A stretch of 64,000 nucleotides of DNA. Origin: Chrysemys picta bellii. Taxonomy: Eukaryota. The notes beneath the pieces were generated by a model. The model made no database searches. It worked only from the letters and a program-made list of their open reading frames with translations, and was not told the origin of the DNA. Position numbers and translations under genes: made by a program. The stretch is from NCBI RefSeq assembly GCF_011386835.1, contig NC_088803.1:20398001-20462000 (forward strand), written 5' to 3'. Below, one piece after another: positions 11,518-23,037 of this stretch. The stretch's first letter is position 1. The number at the start of each line of letters is the position of its first letter.

Positions 11518-11570
11518 CCTTATCCTGTCTGGGAAGAGTTTTCTGTGCAGGTTTTTCCTCAGGGCAGACT
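11518..11570 (-). pseudogene. 53-bp 3' stub of an OR12D-like gene
   Basis: Matches 29052..29104 (encodes ..SALRKNLHRKLFPDRI..) and its whole 3' flank; homology stops abruptly at 11570. Confidence 0.85.
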
Positions 11571-11714
11571 ACTGACCCTTGATCACCTTTGTTGCCCTTC
11601 TCTGAACCTTTTCCAGTTTCACACTATCCTTTTTGAGATGGGCCAGTGAGAACTAGACCCAGTATTCATGTTGTCTGTTAACACACACATGCCACAAAAG
11701 GCATGACAAAAAGG

Positions 11715-11840
11715 GAGGATCCCTGGATGTTTCAATGGGGATTGCAGTGGCCCCGTTGTTAGTTTTAACAAGCAAGACAGGATTTATTTCCCGCATGAGG
11801 GCAAGTTTAAAACTGTCATTATCAGCAGCCTCAAGGGAGA
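11715..11840 (+). promoter_or_regulatory. Diverged copy of the candidate OR promoter module
   Basis: TCCCTGGAT 11720-11728, TCATTA 11816-11821, CCTCAAGGGA 11829-11838; ~1.7 kb upstream of the 13487 pseudogene. Confidence 0.4.
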
Positions 11841-13486
11841 TCCGAATGGCAGCAGGAGCCAGGATGAGGCTGCTGTCCCATATAACCCCTGTAAAAATTC
11901 AGAGCAGCCGGCAGCCAGGTGCTGTGTAACACACACAAGAATGTGCATCAGGCGAGAAAGCAAGAGCAGCTTCAGCATAATGTCACTTCTCCTAATATTG
12001 CTGAACTGAGACATGACAGAGAGTACCTGAGTATTGCAGCACAGAATCCACCTGCAATTCTCTCTTCCCCCCTGGCCCCAATGGACTCACACACACGAGC
12101 TGGTTGACAGGGTGCAGCTGGGGGTAGAATGTGCCCCATGGTTTGCTGGAGAGTCACGGAGGGGACTAGAGTGAGAGGGATCTATGGAGTCTGCTCGGGG
12201 TGCTCCCTTTGTGCATGGGGCAGAGTCATCTTCCCATCTGTGCTGTTCATCAGTGTCACTCCTTAGTCTCGGGCACTAACATGATGCCATCCCACTCGTG
12301 ACCCTCTCTGGGGAAGCTCGGCTCTGTGACCCTCACCACCATCACAGCAAGTTTAGGGGTCATATTGTACAAGCAATTCAACCTGACCTCCCCATGTTAT
12401 GCCATGACACTAGGGGCTAATGAGATCCTTAGATGTACAAACAGGGGAGTGATGAGTACAGAGTTGATGTTACCTCTCTACTGGGCATTGGTGAGACCAA
12501 ACTGCATCCAGTCCTGGTGGATGTCTACCGTTTTGAAAGGATGTTGAAAAATTGGAGAGGGGAAAGAAAAGAGCCACAAAAATGTGGGGGTGGGGTGGAG
12601 AAAATGCTTTAGAATGTTATTTAAAGGGCTAAAATTGTTAAATTGATTAGAAAAAAGATTGAAAATTGACTCGATTACAGTGAAGTATAAGAAAAGTACA
12701 AAAAAAGAGTACAAGTTCAGGAACTGTTACAAACTGGTATGTTGGATTTTAATGATGTGTAGCGAGTTTTTAACTTGTAAAATCATTCTATAAATACAAC
12801 TTTCTGAAATATGTATCTCTGAAGCACAGCTTCTATGTAAGGAGAACATGCTGCAATGTAAGAATTGCTTCTCAAAAAGAGGGTACGTCTCCTTTTCATA
12901 TTGTACTGTTTTGTCTTTGGTCATTTTATCTTTTGAACATTTTTAATAATGAACCACAAGTATAGTCAATCAATAGCTACACCATTTAGTCAATACTTTA
13001 CTCAACCACAAGATATTGGGCTGAATGCAGCAGTAACTGGAGAAGTGCAAGGATATACAGGAGAACAAGCTACATAATCACAATGATCCTTTCAGGCTAT
13101 TTTATCTAAAATAGATTATGTAATTCAAATAGGAAAAAATAAACCTTGATATTATCCATGGAAATTGTTTATTAAAAAATATCTACCAACCGTAAATATA
13201 TAGTCCTGTCTAGCCTTAAAAAGTAGGGATCCATGAATGAAAAAAGTTGGAGGCAGAAGACTCATAAATTAACAGTATTCCTGCCCATTTAGGCAGGAAA
13301 ATAGGGAATAGGGAATCTCAGACCAAAGCAGTTACTTGGCTCTGTGAGATCATGTAAATTATACTCTCTGTTTGCACTTTGAACTTTCCTAGAATCAAAT
13401 AAATGGAAATCTACCAAGTCCAGTTGCACAGCAAACTCTTTCAATGCTCATTATTTTTTGTCTCTTGTTAGAAAATTTTATTGAGA

Positions 13487-14470
13487 ATGGAGAAAGAGGG
13501 AATCTATGTCCAGCTCATGGCTCCAGGACAAGCAGAAAATCAAACATCTATCACAGAATTCATCCTTCTGTGATTCGGCAATCTCTTGGAGCTGCAAATT
13601 CTTCTCTTCATACTATTTCTAGTGATCTACATTGTAACCATGGCCGGGAACATCCTCATTGCTGTGCTAGTTGTGGCTGATCAGCACCTTCACACCCCCA
13701 TGTACTTCTTCCTGCTTAGAGACCAGCTACAGCTCCACCATCCTGCCCAGGATGCTGGCCAGTCTCCTGACTGGGGACAGAATCATTTCTGTTCTAGGGT
13801 GCATTGTACAATATTATTTCTTTGGTTGTCTTGCAGCTTCAGAATGTAACCTCCTAGCAGTAATGTCCTATGACTGGTATTTAGCCATATGCAAACCACT
13901 AAACTACACTGGTCTTATGAATGGCAGAACTTGCCTGCAATTAGCAGCTGTGTTCTGGATGAGTGGATTTATGCCAAATATTATAGTTTCATGTTTAATG
14001 TCACAGTTACATTTCTGTGGCACCAATGAAATTAACCATTTCCTTTGTGATTTCACCACAGTGATTACACTCTCCTGCAGTGACACCAGACTGATCATAT
14101 TGGTGACCTTTATACTCTGTTCCATATTCACCTTACCCCATTTCTATTAACCCTGACATCCTACGTTTTTATCATCTCCATCATCCTGAGAATCCCGTCC
14201 ACCACCGGGAGGAGAAAGGCATTTTCCACCTGCTCCTCTCACCTCATCATGGTGACAATGTACTATGGGACCATAATTATTGTCTATATTTTACCAGAAA
14301 CTGACACACATAGAGACCTCAACAAAGTCTTCTCTCTCTTCTACACAGTCCTGACTCCCCTGGCCACCCTCATCTACAGCCTGAGGAACAGAGACATTAA
14401 GGAGACTCTGAGAAAAGTCATAAGTAAATGTATGATGCTCACAGAAAACCAGAAGGAGTGCCTGATATGA
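13487..14470 (+). pseudogene. OR11A-like pseudogene (duplicate of the 1215 gene)
   Basis: Colinear with 1215..2207. Lesions: GGA>TGA stop at 13571-13573, 14-bp deletion at ~13714, DRY>DWY, 1-bp deletion near 14138, and a 3-bp deletion removing the N of NPxxY. Confidence 0.95.
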
Positions 14471-14716
14471 GAATTAATCAATCTGGGAAAACTAGTAAAG
14501 CAGTTAACATCTAGGTGGCCCATAGCTCATGGCAATGTGAGTTTTCTTGGGTAACATGGGTACATGCTAAGTTTGGGATGGCTGAGTTCCTAGTTGATTA
14601 GAGCTGATACTTACTCCTGCCCCAGCTGGAATCATAGCTCTCCTGTGCTCTGAATTCCAGTGACTGAAATTCAAGGTTTTAGTTACGAATTTCATGTGTT
14701 TCTTTGCTCTGACTGA

Positions 14717-15001
14717 GGCTTGGTCTACACTACCCCCCTAATTCGAACTAAGGTACGCAACTTCAGCTACGTGAATAACGTAGCTGAAGTCGAAGTACCT
14801 TAGTTCGAACTTACCTTGGTCCACACTCGGCAGGCAGGCTCCCCCGTCGACTCCGCGGTACTCCTCTCGCCGAGCTGGAGTACCGCAGTCGACGGCGAGC
14901 ACTTCCGGGTTCGACTTATCGCGTCCAGACTAGACGCGATAAGTCGAACCCAGAAGTTCGATTGCCAGCCGCCGAACTAGCGGGTAAGTGTAGCCAAGGC
15001 C
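14717..15001. mobile_element. PIF/Harbinger MITE, 285 bp, CpG-rich
   Basis: TIRs GGCTTGGTCTACACT / AGTGTAGCCAAGGCC; 3-bp TSD TGA; empty site CTGACTGAGTTG at 3115-3126 in copy A. Confidence 0.9.
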
Positions 15002-15514
15002 TGAGTTGAGAAAACTGTATTTTACAGAGCACTGCCCTTGGATCCCGATGGGTGGTATTGGGTTTTTTAAATATTTTGTCACTCACTTTGGTACCAGGAC
15101 ATCCTATGCAATTTTATAGTTGGGATAGATTTGATCAGTCTTTATAAATTTGTTTGTTACATGTGTTATCTTGCAATGATCAGAAGGTTCATAAGATCCT
15201 AAATGGATTCCTGCATGTTGAATAAAATAATGAATCGACACAAATGATTTCTGGTGAAACAGCTCGTTATCCTAAAGATCATTTCAGTGTCAGGTGAAAA
15301 AATAATAAATATGTGTGGAGAAACTGCTATTTAATTCTGCCTCAAACTTTCAAAACACGTACATGACTTAGGAACCTGAGCACTAGTGACTTTGCAGCTT
15401 AATTGGAATCCTAAGGGTGAACTTTTTAAATGTTTTAAAGATGCGGATAAGTGTCTAGGTGTATATATAAATCTGCCTAAGCCTTGGACTCCTGACTGAC
15501 ACACATACAGGGCA

Positions 15515-16647
15515 CAGAGGTGGATTTACAGTAAAACACAGGGTGCCCTGGCACGTCCCCCGCTCCCCAAGGACAGGGGGCCCCAGGGCCAGGCAGTTTC
15601 AGGGGCAGAAGCTTGGTCCTGCCGGCTCCTGGGGCTCCTGCTGCAGGCTCTGCCCCTACCAGCAGTCAAGCTTCCCCCTCCCCCACCTCTTCCCCGCCCC
15701 TCCCCTGAGCATGCCATGTTCCTGCTCTTCCCTGTCCCTCCCAGTACTGCCCCCCCCCACCGAATAGCTGTTTGCTGGTGCTGAGGGCACTCTGGGAGAG
15801 GGGGGGAGGAGCGGGGCTGCAGTGCGCTTGGGGGAGGAGGTGGGGAAGAGGTGGTTGCAGGGGCTGGGCCTTGGGGAAGGGGGTGGAATCGGGTCAAGGT
15901 GGAGCAAAGGCGGGCCCCCTGCAGTCCCCCTACACATCCCTCCCCCCAGCCCCCTGTTGTGAGCCACTCAGGGCAGGGGGCTGGGAGTACCCACACACCC
16001 CATGCTCTGACTCCTGAACCCCCCATCCCCACCCTGAGCACGAAATGGGGGCTCCTGCACCCTCCCCCCTACATCCCCACCTGCACCTGTCGCAACAAAT
16101 GGGAGCTGCCCCAGATAAGTTCTCCACATCTCAACCCCCTATACCAGCCCTGAGCCCCCTCCCGCACCCTAACTCCTGGCCAGACCCTGCAACCCAACCC
16201 CCAGTCTACTCCTGCACCCTAGCTTCCTCCCAGACCCTACACCGCCAGCCCTGAGCCCTCTCCCGCACTCTAAGTCCTGGCCAGACCCCGCACCCCAATA
16301 TTTTTTTACAATTGTTTTGTATAAAGCGCTCTTATCCAAAGCGCTTCACAATAATTAGCTAATGGTACACACAATATTTGGAAAGATCATTAAGTGGTCC
16401 GCCGAGACCCTCAGCGATTTTTGAGTGGTCTGTGGAAAAATAAGTTAGACTACAAAACAATCAAGGTACCTCACTTTATTTTCATTTACTTCCTATTACT
16501 TATAGGTGGAGGATGAAGAAAAAAAGAATGAAAAATGGGGGTGGGAGGGAGAGAAGATAGAATGTTCTTTTTCTTGCCTGGGTCCCAAGGAGGGGCACCA
16601 AAAATGAAACTGAGCACAGGGCCCCACTACCTCTAAATCTGCCACTG
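15515..16647. mobile_element. Non-autonomous hAT element, 1133 bp, composite GC-rich interior
   Basis: Perfect 8-bp TSD ACAGGGCA (15507-15514 / 16648-16655); imperfect TIRs CAGAGGTGGATTTA / TAAATCTGCCACTG; absent from copy A (~3637-3645). Confidence 0.88.
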
Positions 16648-16664
16648 ACAGGGCATGATGAAAA

Positions 16665-16800
16665 GAGAGATTCCCTGGAGGTTTGAACAGGAATTGCTAT
16701 GGCTATGATGTTTATGCTGTTTTAACAGGCAAAATAGGATTTAATACCCCTTTGAGGACAATTGAGTAATGATCATTATCCTCAGCCACAAGGGAGATCC
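16665..16800 (+). promoter_or_regulatory. Duplicated candidate OR promoter module
   Basis: TCCCTGGAG 16672-16680, TAATGATCATTA 16767-16778, CCACAAGGGA; upstream of the 24491 pseudogene but separated from it by a 4.9-kb insertion. Confidence 0.4.
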
Positions 16801-17521
16801 CAACAGCTGTCAAGGAGAGGATGAGGCTGCTGTCCCCTGTAAGCCCTGTAAGAATCCAGAAGAGGCAGCACTAAGTTTCTGTGCATCGTACACAAGAGCA
16901 GCACAGCCCAACAGTAAAATGTCGATGTCCTTGCAGAGTGAATGGGATTGTCTGAGACACTGAGGCGAGCAGAGCGATGGTGGAATCTGGATCCCGATCC
17001 CCACACCAAGTCACCATCAATGGAGAGATTGCCACTTCATGCTGAGCCTCAAAGGTAAATCGGATCATTCCTGCATCAAATCCTGGGGATGTTAGGGAGA
17101 AAACCCTGGTATATTGGGAAGCAGAGCAGGCTGAACTGCCTATCAAGTGCACATTTCCCTTGTACATTTACTGTTCTGTATCATTCCCCATTATCCCCTT
17201 GATATGTCTCAGCACTGCTCCTACTATTGCTGAACTGAAACCAGGGGTGAAAGTAACTTTCAGGACTTACCGGTACTGCCGGAGTCCTGAGGGGGCGGGG
17301 CCTCATCCGGAAGAGGCGGCGCTTCTCAAGATTTAAAGGACCTGGGGCACCGGCTGTGGCTTGGAGCCCCGAGGCCTTTAAATCAACTGGGGGCTCCCAG
17401 CTTCAGAGGTGGCTGGGAGCCCCTGGGCTCAGGGGCAAATTAAAGGGCCTGGGCTCGGCCGCCATGGAGCTCTGAGCCCATTGAATCCCGGCCCCAGCCT
17501 GGCTGCAGAGCCACCGGCGGG

Positions 17522-20500
17522 ATAGAATCATAGAATCATAGAATATCAGAGTTGGAAGGGACCTCAAGAGGTCATCTAGTCCAACCCCCTGCTCAAAGCA
17601 GGACCAATTCCCAGCTAAATCATCCCAGACAGGGCTTTGTCAAGCCGGGCCTTAAAAACCTCTAAGGAAGGAGACTCCACCACCTCCCTAGGTAACGCAT
17701 TCCAGTGTTTCACCACCCTCCTAGTGAAATAGTTTTTCCTGATATCCAACCTGGACCTCCCCCACTGCAACTTGAGACCATTGCTCCTTGTTCTGTCATC
17801 TGCCACCACTGAGAACAGCCGAGCTCCATCCTCTTTGGAACCCCCCTTCAGGTAGTTGAAGGCTGCTATCAAATCCCCCCTCATTCTTCTCTTCTGGAGA
17901 CTAAACAATCCCAGTTCCCTCAGCCTCTCCTCATAAGTCATGTGCTCCAGACCCCTAATCATTTTTGTTGCCCTCCACTGGACTCTTTCCAATTTTTCCA
18001 CATCCTTCTTGTAGTGTGGGGCCCAAAACTGGACACAGAATTCCAGATGAGGCCTCACCAATGTCGAATAAAGGGGAACGATCACGTCCCTCGATCTGCT
18101 GGCAATGCCCCTACTTATACAGCCCAAAATGCCGTTAGCCTTCTTGGCAACAAGAGCACACTGTTGACTCATATCCAGCTTCTCGTCCACTGTAACCCCT
18201 AGGTCCTTTTCTGCAGAACTGCTACCTAGCCATTCGGTCCCTAGTCTGTAGCAGAGCATGGGATTCTTCCGTCCTAAGTGCAGGACTCTGCACTTGTCCT
18301 TGTTGAACCTCATCAGGTTTTTTTCGGCCCAATCCTCTAATTTGTCTAGGTCCCTCTGTATCCGATCCCTACCCTCTAGTGTATCTACCACGCCTCCTAG
18401 TTTAGTGTCATCTGCAAACTTGCTGAGAGTGCAGTCCACACCATCCTCCTGATCATTAATAAAGATATTAAACAAAACCGGCCCCAGGACCGACCCTTGG
18501 GGCACTCCGCTTGAAACCGGCTCCAACTAGACATGGAGCCATTGATCACTACCCGTTGAGCCCGACGATCTAGCCAGCTTTCTCTCCACCTTACAGTCCA
18601 TTCATCCAGCCCATACTTCTTTAACTTGGCGGCAAGAATACTGTGGGAGACCGTATCAAAAGCTTTGCTAAAGTCAAGGAATAACACATCCACTGCTTTC
18701 CCCTCATCCACAGAGCCAGTTATCTCATCATAGAAGGCAATTAGGTTAGTCAGGCACGACTTCCCCTTCGTGAATCCATGCTGACTGTTCCTGATCACTT
18801 TCCTCTCCTCTAAATGTTTCATAATTGATTCCTTGAGGACCTGTTCCATGATTTTTCCAGGGACTGAGGTGAGGCTGACTGGCCTGTAGTTCCCCGGATC
18901 CTCCTCCTTCCCTTTTTTAAAGATGGGCACTACATTAGCCTTTTTCCAGTCATCTGGGACCTCCCCTGATCGCCATGAGTTTTCAAAAATAATGGCTAAT
19001 GGCTCTGCAATCTCACCCGCCAACTCCTTTAGCACCCTCGAATGCAGCGCATCCGGCCCCATGGACTTGTGCACGTCCAGTTTTTCTAAATAGTCCCGAA
19101 CCACTTCTTTCTCCACAGAGGGTTGGTCACCTTCTCCCCATGCTGTACTGCCCAGTGCAGCAATCTGGGAGCTGACCTTGTGCGTGAAGACAGAGGCAAA
19201 AAAATCATTGAGTACATTAGCTTTTTCCACATCCTCGGTCACTAGGTTGCCTCCCACATTCAGTAAGGGGCCCACACTTTCCTTGATTTTCTTCTTGTTG
19301 CTAACATACCTGAAGAAACCCTTCTTGTTACTCTTAACATCTCTTGCTAACTGCAACTCCAAGTGTGATTTGGCCTTCCTGATTTCACTCCTGCACGCCT
19401 GAGCAATATTTTTATACTCCTCCCTGGTCATTTGTCCAATCTTCCACTTCTTGTAAGCTTCTTTTTTGCATTTAAGATCAGCAAGGATTTCACTGTTTAG
19501 CCAAGCTGGTCGCCTGCCATATTTACTATTCTTTCTACACATCGGGATGGTTTGTTCCTGCAACCTCAATAAGGATTCTTTAAAATACAGCCAGCTCTAC
19601 TGGACCCCTTTGCCCTTCATGTTATTCTCCCAGGGGATCCTGCCCATCTGTTCCCTGAGGGAGTCAAAGTCTGCTTTTCTGAAGTCCAGGGTCCGTATTC
19701 TGCTGCTCTCCTTTCTTCCTTGTGTCAGGATCCTGAACTCGACCTTCTCATGGTCACTGCCTCCCAGGTTCCCATCCACTTTTGCTTCCCCTACTAGTTC
19801 TTCCCTGTTTGTGAGTAGCAGGTCAAGAAAAGCTTTGCCCCTAGTTGGTTCCTCCAGCACTTGCACCAGGAAATTGTCCCCTACACTATCCAAAAATTTC
19901 CTGGATTGCCTGTGCACCGCTGTATTGCTCTCCCAGCAGATATCAGGGTGATTAAAGTCTCCCATGAGAACCAGGGCCTGCGATCTAGCAACTTCTGCTA
20001 GTTGCCAGAAGAAAGCCTCGTCCACCTCATCCCCCTGGTCTGGTGGTCTATAGCAGACTCCAACCATGACATCACCCTTGTTGCTCACACTTCTCAACTT
20101 TATCCAGAGACTCTCAGGTTTTTCTGCAGTTTCATACTGGAGCTCTGAGCAGTCATACTCCTCTCTTACATACAACGCAACTCCCCCACCTTTTCTGCCC
20201 TGCCTGTCCTTCCTGAACAGTTTATATCCATCCATGACAGTACTCCAGTCATGTGAGTTATCCCACCAAGTCTCTGTTATTCCAATCACATCATAGTTCC
20301 CTGACTGTGCCAGGACTTCCAGTTCTCCCTGCTTGTTTCCCAGGCTTCTTGCATTTGTGTATAGGCACTTAAGATAACTCATCGATCGTCCCTCTTTCTC
20401 AGCATGAGACAGGAGTCCTCCCCTCTTGCGCTCTCCTGCTTGTGCTTCCTCCCAGGATCCCATTTCCGCACTTACCTCAGGGCTTTGGTCTCCTTCCCCC

Positions 20501-21750
20501 GGTGAACCTAGTTTAAAGCCCTCCTCACTAGGTTAGCCAGCCTGCTGGCGAAGATGCTCTTCCCTCTCTTCGTTAGGTGGAGCCCGTCTCTGCCTAGCTC
20601 TCCTCCTTCTTGGAACACCATCCCATGGTCTAAGAATCCAAAGCCTTCTCTCCGACACCACCTGCGTAGCCATTCGTTGACTTCCACGATTCGACGGTCT
20701 CTACCCTGGCCTTTTCCTTGCACAGGGAGGATGGACGAGAACACCACTTGCGCCTCAAACTCCTTTATCCTTCTTCCCAGAGCCACATAGTCTGCAGTGA
20801 TCTGCTCAAGGTCATTCTTGGCAGTATCATTGGTGCCCACGTGGAGAAGCAGGAAGGGGTAGCGATCAGAGGGCTTGATGAGTCTCGGCAGTCCCTCCGT
20901 CACATCGTGTATCCTAGCTCCTGGCAATCAGCAGACCTCTCGGTTTTCCCGGTCGGGGCGGCAGATAGATGACTCAGTCCCCCTGAGGAGGGAGTCCCCG
21001 ACCACCACCACCCTCCTCCTCCTCTTGGGAGTGGTGGTAGTGGAACCCCCATCCCTAGGACAGTGCATCTTTTGCCTTCCAATCGGTGGAGTCTCCTTCT
21101 GCTCCCTTGCCTCAGATGGGTCATCTAGTCCACTCTCCGCATTAGTACCTGTAGAGAGAACATGGAAACAATTGCTCACCTGTATCTCCATTGCTGGTGC
21201 ATGGACGCTCCTCTTTCTCCTTCTGGAGGTCACATGCTGCCAAACCTCCTCACAATCCTTCTGTCCCTGCTGCGCCTGCTCTGAATCTTCAGAACATTGT
21301 GGCCATAGAAGCATCTCCTGACGTCTGTCCAGGAAATCTTCATTTTCCCTTATGCAACGCAGAGTCGACACTCGTTTCTCCAGCCCTCGAACCTTCTCTT
21401 CCAACATGGAGACCAGCTTGCACTTTGTACAGACAAAGTCGCTTCTGTCCTGTGGAAGAAAGACAAACATGGCACAACCTGTGCAGGTTACAACAGCTGA
21501 TCGCTCAACTTCCATATCACCGTCCTCTTAAGAGCTTCCTCAACTGTTGCAGGAACTACTCAGAGAAACCTGCAGATGAAAGCCTCAGTGCGCTCCCCCC
21601 AAGTGAACTCCCAGGCAAACTCCCGCTGTTAGCCTCTGCTGTTCGCCGCTCAGCTGGTTCGCTGCTGACTGCCCTTATATACCAGTCAGGCCCACTCAAG
21701 GCCCACCTGGAACAAAGCACTCCCAATTCACACTTTTCAAACAAACAAGC
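17522..21750 (-). mobile_element. Full-length CR1 LINE (PsCR1-like), ~4.2 kb
   Basis: 5' UTR; ORF1 21515..20508 (CxxC..CxxC zinc finger/leucine zipper + SGNH esterase GDS/GTND/DGLH; one TGA at 20928-20930); ORF2 APE endonuclease ([21 protein letters not shown]) + RT (FLDFSKAFD, FADD); TAG near 19597 and a 1-nt frameshift near 18525; (ATTCTATG)n tail. Confidence 0.97.
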
Positions 21751-21770
21751 TGCAGCGGGGAGATCTGAGC

Positions 21771-22060
21771 CCTTTAAATCCCGGCCCCAGCCCGGCCGCT
21801 GAGCCACAGGCGGGATGTAAAGGGCTCTGGGCTCCCCGCTGTGGCAGGAGCTCCCGGCCCTTTAAATCCCAGCCCCAGCCCGGCTGCCGAGCCATGGGCG
21901 GGATTTAAAAGGCTCTGGGCTCCCCGCAGTGGCGGGAGCTCTGAGCTCTTTAAATCCCGGCCCCAGCCCGGCTGCCCAGCTGCAGGCGGGATTGAAAGGG
22001 CTCTGGGCTCCCTGCTGCTGCTGGGAGCCCAGAACCCTTTAAATCCTGCCCGCAGAAGCC
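21771..22060. repeat. 88-bp tandem array inside the hAT element
   Basis: TTTAAATC recurs at 21773, 21861, 21949 and 22038; further units at ~17330-17520. Confidence 0.85.
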
Positions 22061-22544
22061 GGTGCGGTCCGGCACGGCGTACTGGCTCTTGCCGGTATGC
22101 CGTACCGGACTGTACCGGCTTACTTTCACCTCTGACTGAGACACTACAAAGAGTGACTGTAAATATTGCAGCACAGAATCAGTCTGCAGTTCCCTGCCAG
22201 CAGACTCACACAAATGAGCTGGGTTACAAGTTACAGCTGCGGGTGGAATGTGTCCCTGGGTTTGTAGGTGATTCGCTGAGGGGATAAGCATGAGAAGGTT
22301 CTGTGCACATCCTCTTGGGGTTTTCCCTTTGTGCACAGGGCAGAGTCATCTTCTCTTTGCTGTTAGTCAGTGTCACTGCCTTGTCTCCATCACTAGCATG
22401 ATACCATCATGTGTGTCCGTCTCTGGGAAAGCTTCTGTGTGTGTCCCCAATGACGATCAGAGCTAGTTTAGGGGTCGTAGTGGAGGAGAAACTTTACATG
22501 AGCTCCCAGTGTGATCCTGTGTCAGAAAGCGCTAGTGTGATCCT

Positions 22545-23030
22545 ATGATGAATCAACAGCGGAGTGATGAGGAGGAGGAGGAGAGAGATAATTTTCTCTC
22601 TCTCTTAGGCATTGGTGAGACGTAACTACGTCCAGTTCTAGTGTATGTCCACATTTTAAAAAGGACATTGGAGAAATTAGAGAGGCTGCAGAAAAGAGCC
22701 ACAACAATGTGTGAAGGGCTGGAGAAAATGCCTTACAGTGAGGGGTAAGGAGCTCAAAATGCTTATCTTCTCAGAAAGAAGACTGAGAAACAATTTGATT
22801 ACAGGGGGTAAGTACCTTCATGGGAAGAAAATACCACATACTAAAGGGTTAGTTAATCTAGCAGACAAAGGCAGAACAAAGCCCACCAGTTTCCAAGCTG
22901 AAGCCAGAAAATTTTCAATTTAGAAATAAGGCAGACATTATGAACAGTGAGGGTGATTAATCATTGGAAAAAAGGGCCAAGGGAAGTGGTGGATTCTCCA
23001 TCTCTTGATGTCTTCAAAATCAAAATTGGC
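22545..23030 (+). mobile_element. Old CR1 3' fragment
   Basis: Degenerate ORF2 C-terminus and 3' UTR (..GTGGTGGATTCTCCATCTCTTGATGTCTTCAAA). Confidence 0.6.
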
Positions 23031-23037
23031 TGCCATT

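Larger units (their letters stand above)
1..11570 (+). repeat. Segmental duplication, copy A (extends left of the window)
   Basis: Colinear, high-identity matches to 12680..29104 in blocks (1-1200/12680-13470, 2960-3640/14560-15510, 4245-4655/22135-22545, 4835-5930/23970-25050, 10230-11570/27790-29104); for example 10321-10380 is identical to its match in copy B. Confidence 0.9.
17242..22134. mobile_element. Non-autonomous hAT element carrying a full-length CR1
   Basis: TIRs CAGGGGTGAAAGTAA / TTACTTTCACCTCTG; 8-bp TSD ACTGAAAC / ACTGAGAC; empty site ACTGAGAC at ~4248 in copy A. Confidence 0.92.

Noticed and set aside
15526-16254. Many overlapping Gly/Pro-rich ORFs of 60-170 aa
   Set aside because: GC-rich transposon interior with few stop codons; no domain signature.
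21771-22060. CRISPR-like regular repeats
   Set aside because: Eukaryotic DNA; units are near-identical along their length with no unique spacers and lie inside a hAT MITE.
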